Shown: positions 1 to 10,385, numbered from the stretch's first letter. The stretch: DNA of 64,000 bases from an uncultured Nitrososphaerota archaeon (GCA_963718895.1 CAVRAG010000008.1:1504001-1568000), one strand, 5' to 3'. Made by a program: numbers and translations. The notes: generated from the sequence alone by a model not told the origin.

Positions 1-81
1 GGAATGGAAATTCTATGTCGGGCCTTTGGGTGCCCTTATTAGTATGTGAATCCACATATCACAAATAGGAAAGAATCGACC

Positions 82-324
82 TTGGCGAACGTCACCCTGT
101 CTGTACCGGAAGAGCTCCGAAGGATAATGAAGAATCACCCCGAGATAAAGTGGAGTGAGGTAGCGAGGCAGGCGATGTGGGCGTACGCGAAGAAGCTTGA
201 AATCTTGGACGAAGCCACCAAGAACAGCAGGCTGACCGAAGACGATGTCCTCGAACTAGACAAAGTGATCAAGGCGAGCCTCTCCGCGAAATACGCCAAG
301 AAAGCGGAAAGAAGCAGAGCTTGA
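82..324 (+). CDS. vapB: VapB-type ribbon-helix-helix antitoxin
   Basis: [14 protein letters not shown]...[10 protein letters not shown] motif; overlaps the PIN gene start; TTG start at 82 inferred. Confidence 0.75.
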   Translation: MANVTLSVPEELRRIMKNHPEIKWSEVARQAMWAYAKKLEILDEATKNSRLTEDDVLELDKVIKASLSAKYAKKAERSRA

Positions 325-731
325 AGTTCGTCCTCGACACGAACGTGATCCTGAAGGCGCTGATCAAGAACTCGTCAGTTCGGGCAATCATCGTCGGGTC
401 CAAACACGAGTTCTCTATTCCCCGGGAAGCGATCGAGGAGATTCGAAGGCATGCGCCTCTCGTGAAGGAGAAATCCGGTCTCTCCGAGATGGAAATCAAC
501 TCTGTTCTTGACACGCTGCTCACGAGCGTTCAGTTGATCCAAACAGAGGAAGACGCAGCCGAGAGGAAAGAGGCAGAAGACATCATGTTATCCATCGACA
601 AAGATGACGCGCCGTTCCTTGCGGCGGCCATGGGCATCGTTTGTGATGGGATCTGGAGCGATGATAAGCACCTGAAGCGGCAGACAAGAGTAAGGGTCTG
701 GACGACCAAAGAGATTCTGGCGCTGAACTGA
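321..731 (+). CDS. vapC: PIN-domain toxin (VapC family)
   Basis: N-terminal [24 protein letters not shown]. Confidence 0.9.
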   Translation: MKFVLDTNVILKALIKNSSVRAIIVGSKHEFSIPREAIEEIRRHAPLVKEKSGLSEMEINSVLDTLLTSVQLIQTEEDAAERKEAEDIMLSIDKDDAPFLAAAMGIVCDGIWSDDKHLKRQTRVRVWTTKEILALN

Positions 732-812
732 CTGGTAGTGATTGGCCCGGTCCGTGGATTCATCGCGCCTCCGCCGGGAATGTATCATCTAGTGGGAGCT
801 CGACAGCGTGGG

Positions 813-1385
813 TCATGAAGGGCGCTGAAGGCGGAGCCCGACGACGCCCGACTTGAACACTCTTGCTTTGATCAGCTTCAGCTCCCTTGGACTTCTCAAC
901 CCCCCGAGCAGGGTCTTTCCCCTGCCAAGGATGAACGGATGAAGGTAGACGTGATAGTCGTCAATCAGGTCGAGCTTTGTGAACGTCTGCGCAATCCCAG
1001 GACCGCCCACGATTGCCATGTTCTTACCAGGTTCTGATTTCATCCGGGAGATCTCTCGTGGTATGCTCCCCGTCACCAGAGAAGTGTTCTTCCAGTCGAC
1101 GGCTTTCAGGGTCTTGGAGAAAACGATCTTCCTAACTCGATCGGTGAACCTCGAGAAGTCTTTCTCGAACTGCGAGCTGGACGGGCTGGTAGCCAGCGGG
1201 GGCCATACCCTCTTCCACAGCTGGTAGTTCACCCGCCCGAATAGGAAGGTGTCGACCATCCTCAGCTGCTCCCACATATCTTCGTGGAGTTCCGATGCCG
1301 CTGTTTCATCTCCGACATACGGAATCCACCCCTCCGCGGCAACGCCATCGAGGCCCATCCCCATCAGAAGGATTACCTTTCTCAT
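813..1385 (-). CDS. Dihydrofolate reductase / RibD C-terminal family protein
   Basis: MRKVIL..GLDG, LFGRVNY, IVGGPGIA..LIDDY..HPFILGRGK. Confidence 0.9.
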   Translation of the reverse strand: MRKVILLMGMGLDGVAAEGWIPYVGDETAASELHEDMWEQLRMVDTFLFGRVNYQLWKRVWPPLATSPSSSQFEKDFSRFTDRVRKIVFSKTLKAVDWKNTSLVTGSIPREISRMKSEPGKNMAIVGGPGIAQTFTKLDLIDDYHVYLHPFILGRGKTLLGGLRSPRELKLIKARVFKSGVVGLRLQRPS

Positions 1386-1593
1386 GGAAATTCACCCTCC
1401 CCATTCCAGCATATAATCGGTCCGCGTCTTGAGAATCTTCCTTCGAGACATTCGGAATCGACCGGATTCTATAGCCATCCTAGGGTCCATTGCGCCTCCG
1501 CCGGGGCATTTCATCCACATCTTGGGGGCTATGGTTGGATGCATAGCGCCGCAGTAAACTTTATGTATTATTATTCGTAATATCAAAGCAGTC

Positions 1594-1821
1594 ATGAGTG
1601 GTAAACAAGTTACGGTTTCAGCCAAGATTCCGAAGAAGCTGAAGGACGAGTTGGAAAGAAAGGGTGTAAGGATGTCAGAGGCCATCAGGAACGGCTTGGA
1701 GAGGGAGCTCAAGGATGCTAAACTTAGAGAGCTGCAGTCGACGCTGAAGGAGATAGATTTTTCCAAGGTCAGTGACGAGCAGATAGTGCGCGACATAAGA
1801 GAGACAAGAGAAGAGCGGTGA
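1594..1821 (+). CDS. vapB: VapB-type antitoxin (RHH/CopG-like)
   Basis: VTVSAKIPKKLKDEL...SEAIRNGLE; directly upstream of a PIN gene. Confidence 0.8.
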   Translation: MSGKQVTVSAKIPKKLKDELERKGVRMSEAIRNGLERELKDAKLRELQSTLKEIDFSKVSDEQIVRDIRETREER

Positions 1822-1830
1822 CGGACCGAG

Positions 1831-2211
1831 TTGATCCTAGACGCAAGTTCGCTCTACATCATACTCAAACGAGGGAACCTGAAGGCGCTTGAGAACTCTG
1901 TCACCCTCGACCTGGCTTTCTATGAGGTCGGCAACGCGATGCTGAAGGAATTGAAGAGAAAGCTGATCACGCAACAATCCTTCGCGAAGGCGCTCAGCGC
2001 TCTGGTCTCGATGAATGAGATAATCACCGTCAGGAAATTTGGGGAGTTGGATGCACGTCGTGTTGCCGAGGTATCAAAGTCAACCGGCCTGACGTTCTAC
2101 GATGCTTCCTACCTGACCCTCGCTCTAATGCTCAATGAAACACTTGCAACTCACGACAAAGAGTTAGCCGATGAGTCGCGTAAGATTGGAATCAGGGTCG
2201 CTCCGGAGTAG
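1831..2211 (+). CDS. vapC: PIN-domain toxin (VapC family)
   Basis: ILDASS, YEVGNA, LTFYDASYL, LATHD. Confidence 0.9.
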   Translation: MILDASSLYIILKRGNLKALENSVTLDLAFYEVGNAMLKELKRKLITQQSFAKALSALVSMNEIITVRKFGELDARRVAEVSKSTGLTFYDASYLTLALMLNETLATHDKELADESRKIGIRVAPE

Positions 2212-2344
2212 CGCTCAACGAAATCGAGCTGTGTGGGGTTCATCGCGCCTCCGCCGGGGCATCTCATCCACACGTTGGGCTATGGGCGACGCGCGCGAAC
2301 GAATCAGGCCAGCCAGATGTTCGAGTTCTTCCCTTCATGCCTGC

Positions 2345-2704
2345 TTAGGTCGCTTCAATCCGGATTTCTCTTTCCGTGACGACAATCAGCGCGTTGGGGT
2401 GCTTGGTGATGTCAGCGCGAGCAAGGAGACGTTCGATGCACTCCTGGACTCTAGTGGGCGTCGGAGGATGCGACCTAATGATGATGACCCCGAACGTCGT
2501 CTTGAGTTGGTGGTGCAGACGAATGAAGTCTTGGTCCAACGAGATAACCATCCTGCCTTCGCGGTGAGCGTATCGCGCGATTGCGACGTCAGTCGCGCCA
2601 GGGTGGAGCGCTTCGATCGTTCCTTTGGTGTCGTGACCCTGCCGCTTCAGCCAACTCCTGACGCTCGAGGGAACGTTCTCGTCTGTAAGGAATCGTAGAG
2701 TCAC
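2345..2704 (-). CDS. DUF5615 PIN-like toxin
   Basis: LRFLTDENVP, ATDVAI, ISLDQDF. Confidence 0.85.
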   Translation of the reverse strand: MTLRFLTDENVPSSVRSWLKRQGHDTKGTIEALHPGATDVAIARYAHREGRMVISLDQDFIRLHHQLKTTFGVIIIRSHPPTPTRVQECIERLLARADITKHPNALIVVTEREIRIEAT

Positions 2705-2949
2705 TGTGCCTCAAGTTCTATGACTTCTTCGTCACGCAGCCTCTTTGAGGCGTATTCGAGAGCGGCCCGAATGTCCTCGACCGTTAGGTCTGGGTACTCC
2801 TTCAGTATCCCCTCCTCGGTGATTCCTGAAGCCAGGAGTTCCACTATCAAGTAAACTGCTATTCTAGTCCCCTTGATTACGGGCTTTCCACCCAACACCC
2901 CCCTGTTCGTGCTGATTCTGCCAAGCCTGCTTCTCAATCTGGATTGCAA
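2701..2949 (-). CDS. DUF433 antitoxin
   Basis: GGKPVIKGTRIAV...EYPDLTVEDIRAALEYA. Confidence 0.9.
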   Translation of the reverse strand: MQSRLRSRLGRISTNRGVLGGKPVIKGTRIAVYLIVELLASGITEEGILKEYPDLTVEDIRAALEYASKRLRDEEVIELEAQ

Positions 2950-3202
2950 GAAGGCTCGCTTCTATAAAAAGTAGGCCGACGACCGATTCAAGGATGAGCC
3001 ATGGTTAGGGTTCATTGCGCCTCCGCCGGGGCATTTCATCCATTTGGTGGATGTGGTATGGGAACTGGTTGACACTACCTGCGATCATTCTTCCAGTACC
3101 GTTTCGTTTGGCAGGAATGAATGACTTAGCCACTCCGTAGGTACCGTTGAGAATCGGTACTCTCTCATATTCGTGAGTCAGCCGTCAGGACCGCGGAGCC
3201 AA

Positions 3203-4762
3203 CTAGCCATTTTCTCCGTTGGAGCTTTCCGGTGTATGCCTTAGCCGTAACACGAGAACGGCTGCAATGGCAAGCAGGATTAGCGCAGGCACCCCAAAGG
3301 GAAACTCTGGGACTGAGGACGCCGGCATTACGTAGTATGTGTAGGTCAGGATCGTCGACGACACGATAGTCACTGTGGTGACCGTCCCGCTTATCGTCGT
3401 CGTTGTGGTGGTGGTTACCCTGCTTGTGACAGTAGAGGTGTGGCTGGACGAAACTGGCATCGAGCTCAGAGTGGAAAAGGAATAGAGCGCGCTCCCCTGA
3501 ACCCAGTCGTACAACTCGGTCGAACCGGTGTCTGGAAGAGCGTTGGAATCCAGGCACGTCACGTCCCCGCCGTTGGCGTCCGTGTAGTTCCATTGATGGG
3601 TCGCTGTCCATTTTTCTGTTACCAGCGCCCACCTCGTCTGGGTCGCGTTCCCGAGGATTTTTCCTATCTGCCACCAGAACATGGGTTGCTCACCCTCCGT
3701 CCATCCGGGATAGTCTCGCGGGTCACTGGTGCTGGCGCAGGAACTCCGCAGCGTGTCGTTCCTGAGCGCATCGTTGTGATATCCGCCCAGAGTGGGGTCC
3801 CAGAGAGTCCTGTTTATCCAGGTCAGGTCCTGATTGACCCAGCTCCTTACGGTCGCGTTGTCTGTTAGCTGGGAAAAGTACGCCAGTCCGACCGCTCCCC
3901 AGATGTCTTCGTTCGCGCCCTTCCTGCAGTCCTCCAGGCCAGAGAGATTGGCATAAGCGGACCGCATGAAACCCTGAAAGCCGTTGGCGGTACAGTCTAC
4001 CGAGCCGGCTCCACCAGAGAGGGTGTTGCTTGAGCTGTCCCAGAGATAGTCGCGGGCGAAGGAGACGGCCGCGCTCATCCTGCCTATGTATGAGGTGTTC
4101 CCCGTCACTGCGGACCATTGCGCTGTCGCCCACACGTACGAACCGATGCTCTGCTCGATGTTGACGTCTCCTGAAGGTTGGCCATCGCACACGTTGTAGG
4201 ACACCTCGGCGATATTGTCGGAGGTGCTCCAGAAGCGACCGTTCAGCAGCGTCTCGACTTCGTTGGCCCTGTGCAGCCAAATCGCGGAGCCGTTAGTGCC
4301 ATAGAGGTTGAGAAACACGACCAGAAACATCGCGCTGTCCTGCAGGTACTGCTGGCAGTCTACATTCCTCCAGTTCGTGTCATACACGTCATAGAAGCCC
4401 CCGTTTGTCGGGTCCCATGCATTTTCCCAGAATCGCTCGGAGGAGCGGGATGCCCACGAGAGATAAGTCTGGTTTCCGGTCGCTTTGTAAAGCTGGACCA
4501 GACCTTCGTCGATGAATGCGTTACCCAGGGTTGTGAACTGATCTGCTTGGACTGTCGCCCAGTTGCTCGAGAGAGCAGAGTAATATGCTCCCGCTGTGGT
4601 GTCGAGCATGTAGCTGTGAAGCCTGTTCGCTAGCTGGACTGCCAGGGTTAGATATGGTACGGAGATGAAGCCGGTCACGGAGGTTGCTTGCACGCTCACG
4701 ACGGCGGAGGCGACGAACAGGACAGCGATGAACAGCGAGAGCGACTTCGCCGAGCGCGACAC
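3203..4762 (-). CDS. Secreted (alpha/alpha)6-barrel glycoside hydrolase-like protein (GH76/AGE-like) with PEF-CTERM-type sorting tail
   Basis: Signal peptide; LYKATGNQTYL and WDPTNGGFY/WDPTLGGY repeats; Thr-rich linker; VPEFP + TM + basic tail. Confidence 0.7.
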   Translation of the reverse strand: MSRSAKSLSLFIAVLFVASAVVSVQATSVTGFISVPYLTLAVQLANRLHSYMLDTTAGAYYSALSSNWATVQADQFTTLGNAFIDEGLVQLYKATGNQTYLSWASRSSERFWENAWDPTNGGFYDVYDTNWRNVDCQQYLQDSAMFLVVFLNLYGTNGSAIWLHRANEVETLLNGRFWSTSDNIAEVSYNVCDGQPSGDVNIEQSIGSYVWATAQWSAVTGNTSYIGRMSAAVSFARDYLWDSSSNTLSGGAGSVDCTANGFQGFMRSAYANLSGLEDCRKGANEDIWGAVGLAYFSQLTDNATVRSWVNQDLTWINRTLWDPTLGGYHNDALRNDTLRSSCASTSDPRDYPGWTEGEQPMFWWQIGKILGNATQTRWALVTEKWTATHQWNYTDANGGDVTCLDSNALPDTGSTELYDWVQGSALYSFSTLSSMPVSSSHTSTVTSRVTTTTTTTISGTVTTVTIVSSTILTYTYYVMPASSVPEFPFGVPALILLAIAAVLVLRLRHTPESSNGENG

Positions 4763-5012
4763 GAAGATCGTTTGGTGTCGTCCGAATTAAAAGCGCGTCG
4801 CTGCTGAGATTTCTCCATGGTTTCGAGCAGAGAGGACAATTTGTTTGTCGTGACCATGGATCAACTGAACATGTAGATCGCTGTCTGCGACCGGTCAGGG
4901 TTTGGTATCTCTAACGAGACTCGTTGGTTCATTGCGTCTCCGCCGGGGCATTTCAGCGTCAGTTTTCGGACGTTGCAAGCTGCGCTTTGTCCCGGATTGG
5001 TCGGCCGTTCAA

Positions 5013-6011
5013 TCAGGGAACGCCGCACGAGCTTAAGCATCCCGCAACCACCGTCCTAGAGACCCGGGTCCCGTAGAAGCCATTCGTGGTGGCCATGAAC
5101 GTTACCGTATACCGGTTTCCAGGGACTATCGAGATGTGCCCTGGCGCGTTTGCTTTCATCCCGATTGCGTACGATACGCTGTACTGGGAGGGCGAAGCGC
5201 CAGAATGACCAACCCCGACGGAGCCGATATAGGTTCCGTTGATGAGGACATCCACCTCGGAGATCTGGCTGGTCGTGTTGAAGACGAGGACCGCGGACAG
5301 GACCGGATTGACCGAAGAGAGCACGACACTCCTTATCGATATGAGGTCGGTCGGAGAGATGCCTGTGCTGAGCTGGCCCGAGTAAATCGACTCCTTCAGG
5401 CTTGAGCCATCACTGGCTATGACCGTGATTCCTACGCCGCCTTGTGGAATGAAGTAGACGCCCGAACCGCCTGTGAACGTGACAGAGACATTCGCCGCCT
5501 TGCCCGGCTGAAGCATGGCGCTCGGAGTAACTGTGAATCCCACCGTCGTTGCAGTTGGGCCGGTCATGGTGTCGTTCGACGGTACCCAGCCCATGGCGTT
5601 GATGCAGGTTGCGACGATGGAGACGGGTGAACTCCCTGTGTTCTTGATTCCCGTTAGTACGCCCGAGTAGCTGAGGCTGTTCTCGCCGCCGCCGAAGGCC
5701 AGACCAGCCGCCTCGTTGCTGCCGCCACCTGTCGCGATGTTTGATATGTTACTGCAGAACCTCGAGACGAATGTTCCACTCACCGCGTAGGTCGCAAGTT
5801 GCGGGGACTTTGAAGGGTTTGTCGCGGTCGTAGCGACGGTGGTGGTCGTTGTTGTAATCGTAGACGTCTCAGTCGTCGTCTTGAACGCTGTCGATGTCAC
5901 GGTCTTCGACGCTTGCCCAGTGGCTACGAACAGGCTCGCGGAGATTAGCACGCCGGCTATGACGATTGCTGCAGCAATGACGAGATAGCTCCGAGCCGGC
6001 GGAGAACTCAA
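5013..6011 (-). CDS. Membrane-anchored Ser/Thr-rich surface protein (paralog family A)
   Basis: N-terminal TM IAAAIVIAGVLISASLF and Thr-rich stalk, nearly identical to the N-terminus of 7620..8273. Confidence 0.75.
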   Translation of the reverse strand: MSSPPARSYLVIAAAIVIAGVLISASLFVATGQASKTVTSTAFKTTTETSTITTTTTTVATTATNPSKSPQLATYAVSGTFVSRFCSNISNIATGGGSNEAAGLAFGGGENSLSYSGVLTGIKNTGSSPVSIVATCINAMGWVPSNDTMTGPTATTVGFTVTPSAMLQPGKAANVSVTFTGGSGVYFIPQGGVGITVIASDGSSLKESIYSGQLSTGISPTDLISIRSVVLSSVNPVLSAVLVFNTTSQISEVDVLINGTYIGSVGVGHSGASPSQYSVSYAIGMKANAPGHISIVPGNRYTVTFMATTNGFYGTRVSRTVVAGCLSSCGVP

Positions 6012-6044
6012 ACCGAAGCACCTTGCGATTCTGAGCCGGATTTC

Positions 6045-6065
6045 TGATTAATAGTTTTGTCCGAA
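6045..6065 (-). promoter_or_regulatory. Shared BRE/TATA-like motif TCGGACA(A/T)AACTATTAATC upstream of surface-protein cassettes
   Basis: Recurs at ~8307, 24191, 27960, 31553 and 32661, each ~30-45 bp upstream of a minus-strand start. Confidence 0.65.
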
Positions 6066-6141
6066 TGGCAGAGCCTCTAGGCTTGTTTGATTGAGGATGC
6101 CGTAAAAAGGCATGCCATGTATAGGGTTCATTGCGCCTTCT

Positions 6142-6633
6142 TCAAAGTTCTGTGGGGAGGCCCTTGTTCTTCGCGATTGAGAGCTTTCTGGTGTCCCATG
6201 AGAAGCTCGAGTTGGGTCTGACCACTATGGTAATGTCGTCTCTCGAGAAGTACGACCTCACCTTCGGATCACTCAGGGTCTCCTTCCCGAGATACTTCTC
6301 GTGGATGCGATGATTGAACTCCAAAGACTTGCGCGGCGAGAGGAAAGAGGCCTCTCCCCTCAACTGGACGCCCCAGACATGGAGACTCTGAACTGCGCTG
6401 TCGAGCAGGACCGCAACCCGTGGGTCGGCCCTTATGTTCTTCACCTTGACTGTGTCCTTGTTCGTGCAGATGTACATCCTGCCCTTCTCCCAGATGAACC
6501 AGACAGGCGTTACCTGTGGGAATCCGTCCCTTCCTTTGGTGGCGAGTCTTGCGATGAGCCGCTTGCCGAGATACGCTTCAATCCACTTCTTGGTCTTCGT
6601 CACTTCAGCCGAAGCAGATTTTCCCGTCGACAT
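6142..6633 (-). CDS. Pyridoxamine 5'-phosphate oxidase-like (PPOX/F420-dependent) protein
   Basis: ARLATKGRDGFPQVTPVWF, KVKNIRADPRVAV. Confidence 0.85.
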   Translation of the reverse strand: MSTGKSASAEVTKTKKWIEAYLGKRLIARLATKGRDGFPQVTPVWFIWEKGRMYICTNKDTVKVKNIRADPRVAVLLDSAVQSLHVWGVQLRGEASFLSPRKSLEFNHRIHEKYLGKETLSDPKVRSYFSRDDITIVVRPNSSFSWDTRKLSIAKNKGLPTEL

Positions 6634-6782
6634 GGTGTATGCAAGACGCTCGGCGACAGGAGTTAATTTACTCTCTGTGAACAACTGGAGGGAGCCGGAA
6701 CCACGCGCGAATCATGTGCCAAGATGGAAAACCGCTGGCGTGTATAGGGTTCATTGCGCCTCCGCCAGGGCTGCCGTGACCT

Positions 6783-7592
6783 CTACGGATTCAGACCTCT
6801 GACAGCCCATGCTCTCGCAGCCAGTTGAATCTCTCCCTTCGGGCCGGTTGGCAGTTCTGCAATCAGCTTCGCCCGCAACCTTTCCCTGTTCGCCTCGTTG
6901 AGCGACGTTATGTATTCGCCTGCAGGACCCTGGCCCCCGAGGAAGGGATTCCAGTAGTCAGCGAAATCTTGAAAGCGCATCTCTATCCCGATGGGACCGA
7001 CCTCTACGTCGGAGAGTCCGGCATCCTCGAACAATCTCCTCAGCCGATCTGGACGACAGAGAGGAAAGCGCTCGCCTTGGTCCAGATGCCGGGCGGCCGG
7101 GTCAAGAGCCGAGGCCGAGTCCCAGAACGAACGCAGCATCTTCATCCCGTCCGAGTAGTCCCATACGCAAACAGAGACGACTCCGCCTCGCCTGGCCACG
7201 CGGCGCATCTCCTGCAGCGCTCTCGCCGGGTCGGGGATGAAATTCAGGACGAATTCAGAGAGCACCCCGTCGAAGCTTTCGTCGGGGAAGGGCAGAGCCA
7301 TCGCATCGCCGACGCGGAACTCCGCCATGTGGCCGTAATTAGCGAGTCTTGAATGGGAGTACTCGATGAAGGCGGGGGAGGGGTCAACGGCCGTCACCCG
7401 TCCGGCTCCTGACGCCAGGACCGCCTCGGTCAGCGCTCCCGTGCCGCAACCGACATCGAGGACCCGGGCATCCGTCGGAACCCGCGCCCAGTCGAGGAAC
7501 TTGGGAGCGAGCAGCTGGGACCACCTGCCCATGAACGCCTGATAGGCTTCGCCGTCTTCCCAAGCAGTCAGGCCACTCTCACGAGTGGACAT
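6783..7592 (-). CDS. Class I SAM-dependent methyltransferase
   Basis: VLDVGCGTG, GDAMALPFPDESFD. Confidence 0.9.
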   Translation of the reverse strand: MSTRESGLTAWEDGEAYQAFMGRWSQLLAPKFLDWARVPTDARVLDVGCGTGALTEAVLASGAGRVTAVDPSPAFIEYSHSRLANYGHMAEFRVGDAMALPFPDESFDGVLSEFVLNFIPDPARALQEMRRVARRGGVVSVCVWDYSDGMKMLRSFWDSASALDPAARHLDQGERFPLCRPDRLRRLFEDAGLSDVEVGPIGIEMRFQDFADYWNPFLGGQGPAGEYITSLNEANRERLRAKLIAELPTGPKGEIQLAARAWAVRGLNP

Positions 7593-7619
7593 TTGCCGCG
7601 GTCTCCTATTTAATGAAGG

Positions 7620-8273
7620 TCATACTGGTTCGGGCCAAAGGAGCTCGTTTCCTCGGGAGGGGTTCGTCGCGCCTCCGCCAGGGAAGATCGACCCGTGCGC
7701 CAGACAGTTCTCGTTGTAGTAGCATACATAGGTGGTGACGTGCCCTGATGAGATGTCAAAGGTCACGTAGATGCTGGCAATGGGCGACGTCGAGACCGAC
7801 AGGCTGTAGTTGAAACCCGCATGGCTGACGACCAAATCGTAGTATCCGAAATCGCCGTCGAGCATGCTCGCCCATCCGCTCGAGTTAGTTGTGACAGGCG
7901 GCAGATTTGAGACCTGCAGGTAGTCGTTACAGTATCCTTGCGCCTGGCCGCTCACCCTAGCGCCCGGGACAGGAGTCGTCCCGTTCACCACGTGAATTAC
8001 CGCTCCGATGGTTGGGCCGGAGACGGTACACTGGACGTTCGTGTACACGGTATTCGTGAACGTCTGCGTTGCCACTGTTTTGATGGAGGTTACAGTCGTC
8101 GTTGTGGTCACAGTCTCCGCGGACACTGTGTTGGTGGTTCCCTGTCCCGAAGTCAGTGTCACGGTCTTGGTCTCTTGCCCAATGGCGAAGAACAGGCTCG
8201 CGGATATTAGCACCCCGGCTATGACGATTGCTGAAGCAATCGCAAAGTAGCTCCGGTTAGCCTGGCCGCTCAA
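7620..8273 (-). CDS. Membrane-anchored Thr-rich surface protein (paralog family A); 3' end reads through a repeat copy
   Basis: N-terminal TM shared with 5013..6011; C-terminal IFPGGGATNP is encoded by the repeat at 7660. Confidence 0.7.
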   Translation of the reverse strand: MSGQANRSYFAIASAIVIAGVLISASLFFAIGQETKTVTLTSGQGTTNTVSAETVTTTTTVTSIKTVATQTFTNTVYTNVQCTVSGPTIGAVIHVVNGTTPVPGARVSGQAQGYCNDYLQVSNLPPVTTNSSGWASMLDGDFGYYDLVVSHAGFNYSLSVSTSPIASIYVTFDISSGHVTTYVCYYNENCLAHGSIFPGGGATNPSRGNELLWPEPV

Positions 8274-8521
8274 GAGGTTGAACCTCTGCCGAAGTCGGGC
8301 GTTATCTGATTAATAGTTTTGTCCGAACGGAACCTCTAGCCGTTTGCCTAATTCAAGATGCCGTAAAGAAAGGCAGTGCCATGTATAGGGTTCATTGCGC
8401 CTCCGCTGGGGCATATTCGGTCGACGAATGATTCGAATTGCACTTCAAGGTGCTTCTGAGCGCTGGCACGTCTGTTCAAATCCGCAAGTGGATAAATATC
8501 TTCGAACCTTGATTAGGGCCC

Positions 8522-9031
8522 GTGTATGAAACAGAGCAAGAGCTGGGCGAATTGCAGCTCCTCCTCGACAGAAGTATGAACAGGGCAGGCGCCCAGGTGC
8601 GCTCCATCTTCGCGGACGAGAATCGACTCTCTGCTCGACAGATTTGTACGTATATGCAGGGGGTCAAGCAGGTAGCCGCCGCGACGGTAAGCTCAAGGGG
8701 AGAACCCAGAGTAGCACCAATAGATTCTGTGCTGTTCCATGGGAAGTTCTACATCTCCACAGACCTGCTTTCTTTTCGTGCCAAGGATCTTCGCAAGAGA
8801 CCGGCCATAAGTCTGACCTATTTCGAAAGTGCCGACCCAGTGATTATAGTTCATGGTGCGGCAGCTTTCATCGAGAAGGACCATCAAAGTTTCGCCAGCC
8901 TAGATTCGGAATGGGTCAAGGCTTACGGCAAGAGCATTCTGCAGCTTTCTGAGACTGTTACATTCATACAGGTCGAATCCAGAACGATGCTAGCATATGC
9001 TTTCCATCCGGAGAGGTTTCAAGACACATAG
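8522..9031 (+). CDS. Pyridoxamine 5'-phosphate oxidase family protein
   Basis: ATVSSRGEPRVAPID, LRKRPAISLT. Confidence 0.8.
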   Translation: MYETEQELGELQLLLDRSMNRAGAQVRSIFADENRLSARQICTYMQGVKQVAAATVSSRGEPRVAPIDSVLFHGKFYISTDLLSFRAKDLRKRPAISLTYFESADPVIIVHGAAAFIEKDHQSFASLDSEWVKAYGKSILQLSETVTFIQVESRTMLAYAFHPERFQDT

Positions 9032-9180
9032 ACAATTGAATTCCTCGGCAATGGTCATTGAGAACGAATACGATGTGTAGGGTTCATTGCGCCTGGAGTT
9101 GACAGTCCCAGTTGGAATCAAGCTTGGATGAGATGGTAAGTATCCGACGCCCGCACACTAGGTCGAAGACACAATCTCTG

Positions 9181-9663
9181 TTAGACATTACCTTCAATTG
9201 AAGGGATGATTGAAAATGTCACGACATAGACGGGGTCGCCAAGATTGTCATACCGACTCTCGATTCTCCAGACATGATTGGCTACCAGCTTGATTCGTAT
9301 TCGGACATTCGAACCAACAAGATGATACTGATTCCAGGGCTCGCTAGAGGCTGTAATTCCTGCCTCCACTCCTCCGTGGCCCTTCGGGTCGTTGAGTTCT
9401 TCAGGGGTTGCTGGGCTCCCTTTCGGTCCCCTTCGATTGGGAGGCGAATCTACCTTTACAGTTACGTTTGTCTCAGGCGCGATTACATCTCCCTTCTTTG
9501 GATTGACGCTCGACCCACGAACGCTCAGCAGGACTGCTCTGGCTCGAATCTTGTTACCATCTTCAAGATTGTATGTAGACCACCCTTCGATGGTCTCAAT
9601 TTCGAAATCTAGTATGCGAAGTTGGCTTGGATCACTGATGGGTTCGGCACTAGGTGCTGACAC
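9181..9663 (-). CDS. Hypothetical protein with internally duplicated motif
   Basis: EGWSTYNLEDGNKIRARAV and EPWNQYHLVGSNVRIRIKLV. Confidence 0.65.
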   Translation of the reverse strand: MSAPSAEPISDPSQLRILDFEIETIEGWSTYNLEDGNKIRARAVLLSVRGSSVNPKKGDVIAPETNVTVKVDSPPNRRGPKGSPATPEELNDPKGHGGVEAGITASSEPWNQYHLVGSNVRIRIKLVANHVWRIESRYDNLGDPVYVVTFSIIPSIEGNV

Positions 9664-10006
9664 GCTGTGTTGTCCCCATAGGTGGCACTTGTGAGGATTG
9701 GGAGACGGGGAAGTTCATCGAAGGAATGGTTTCGAGAATAAATCCTGAGACAGTGCCTACGGTTGCTCGGAACTCTTTTCTCGGGTCCAATATGAACTTG
9801 CCAGATTCCCAAGGTCGACTCTGATCTCGTCTGTCGTTCTCTGCTAAGGCTTGAAGTACTCGAATGTTGTCGTCCATAGCTTGCGAAGACAGTCTCTCTA
9901 TTTCCTCAAGCGGAATGTTGTCTTCAGTCAAGGCAGAACACTCGTCTGTGGTTCTGGACGGGAACTTAAGCATTATGCATGATTCATCGACCCATATGCA
10001 GTTCAA
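9650..10006 (-). CDS. Hypothetical protein, putative Doc partner/antitoxin
   Basis: Overlaps the Doc gene end; helix DDNIRVLQALA; true start uncertain. Confidence 0.45.
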   Translation of the reverse strand: MNCIWVDESCIMLKFPSRTTDECSALTEDNIPLEEIERLSSQAMDDNIRVLQALAENDRRDQSRPWESGKFILDPRKEFRATVGTVSGFILETIPSMNFPVSQSSQVPPMGTTQRVST

Positions 10007-10385
10007 ACCAAGAAGAGAGCTCTACAAGTGATAGTCGACCCGTTGCTACGCCGCTTAGAATCGATACGGCCTCATCCGGGTCTACAAGTACCAATTTGCA
10101 CCCGTTTGCCCTCAGAAACACATCTGCGGTCTGATAGGCGGTGCGTTTGTTACCATCAACGAATGGGTGATTGGTCACCAAGCACCACAACAAGTATGCG
10201 GCAATTCTCGCTATTTGCTGTCTTTCAGAATACTCAGAATACTCGGCTTCTTGATCTCGAGCGGTTTCGATGCAGTAGTCAAGACCGCCCACATAATTGA
10301 AGCCTGGGGATTTCTCGCCCATCCGGCTCATTAACTCCCGGTGTATAGCCACGACTCCCTCCATTGTAGGGTATCGCAGAGTCAA
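9984..10385 (-). CDS. doc: Fic/Doc family toxin
   Basis: HPFVDGNKRTA motif. Confidence 0.9.
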   Translation of the reverse strand: MTLRYPTMEGVVAIHRELMSRMGEKSPGFNYVGGLDYCIETARDQEAEYSEYSERQQIARIAAYLLWCLVTNHPFVDGNKRTAYQTADVFLRANGCKLVLVDPDEAVSILSGVATGRLSLVELSSWFELHMGR

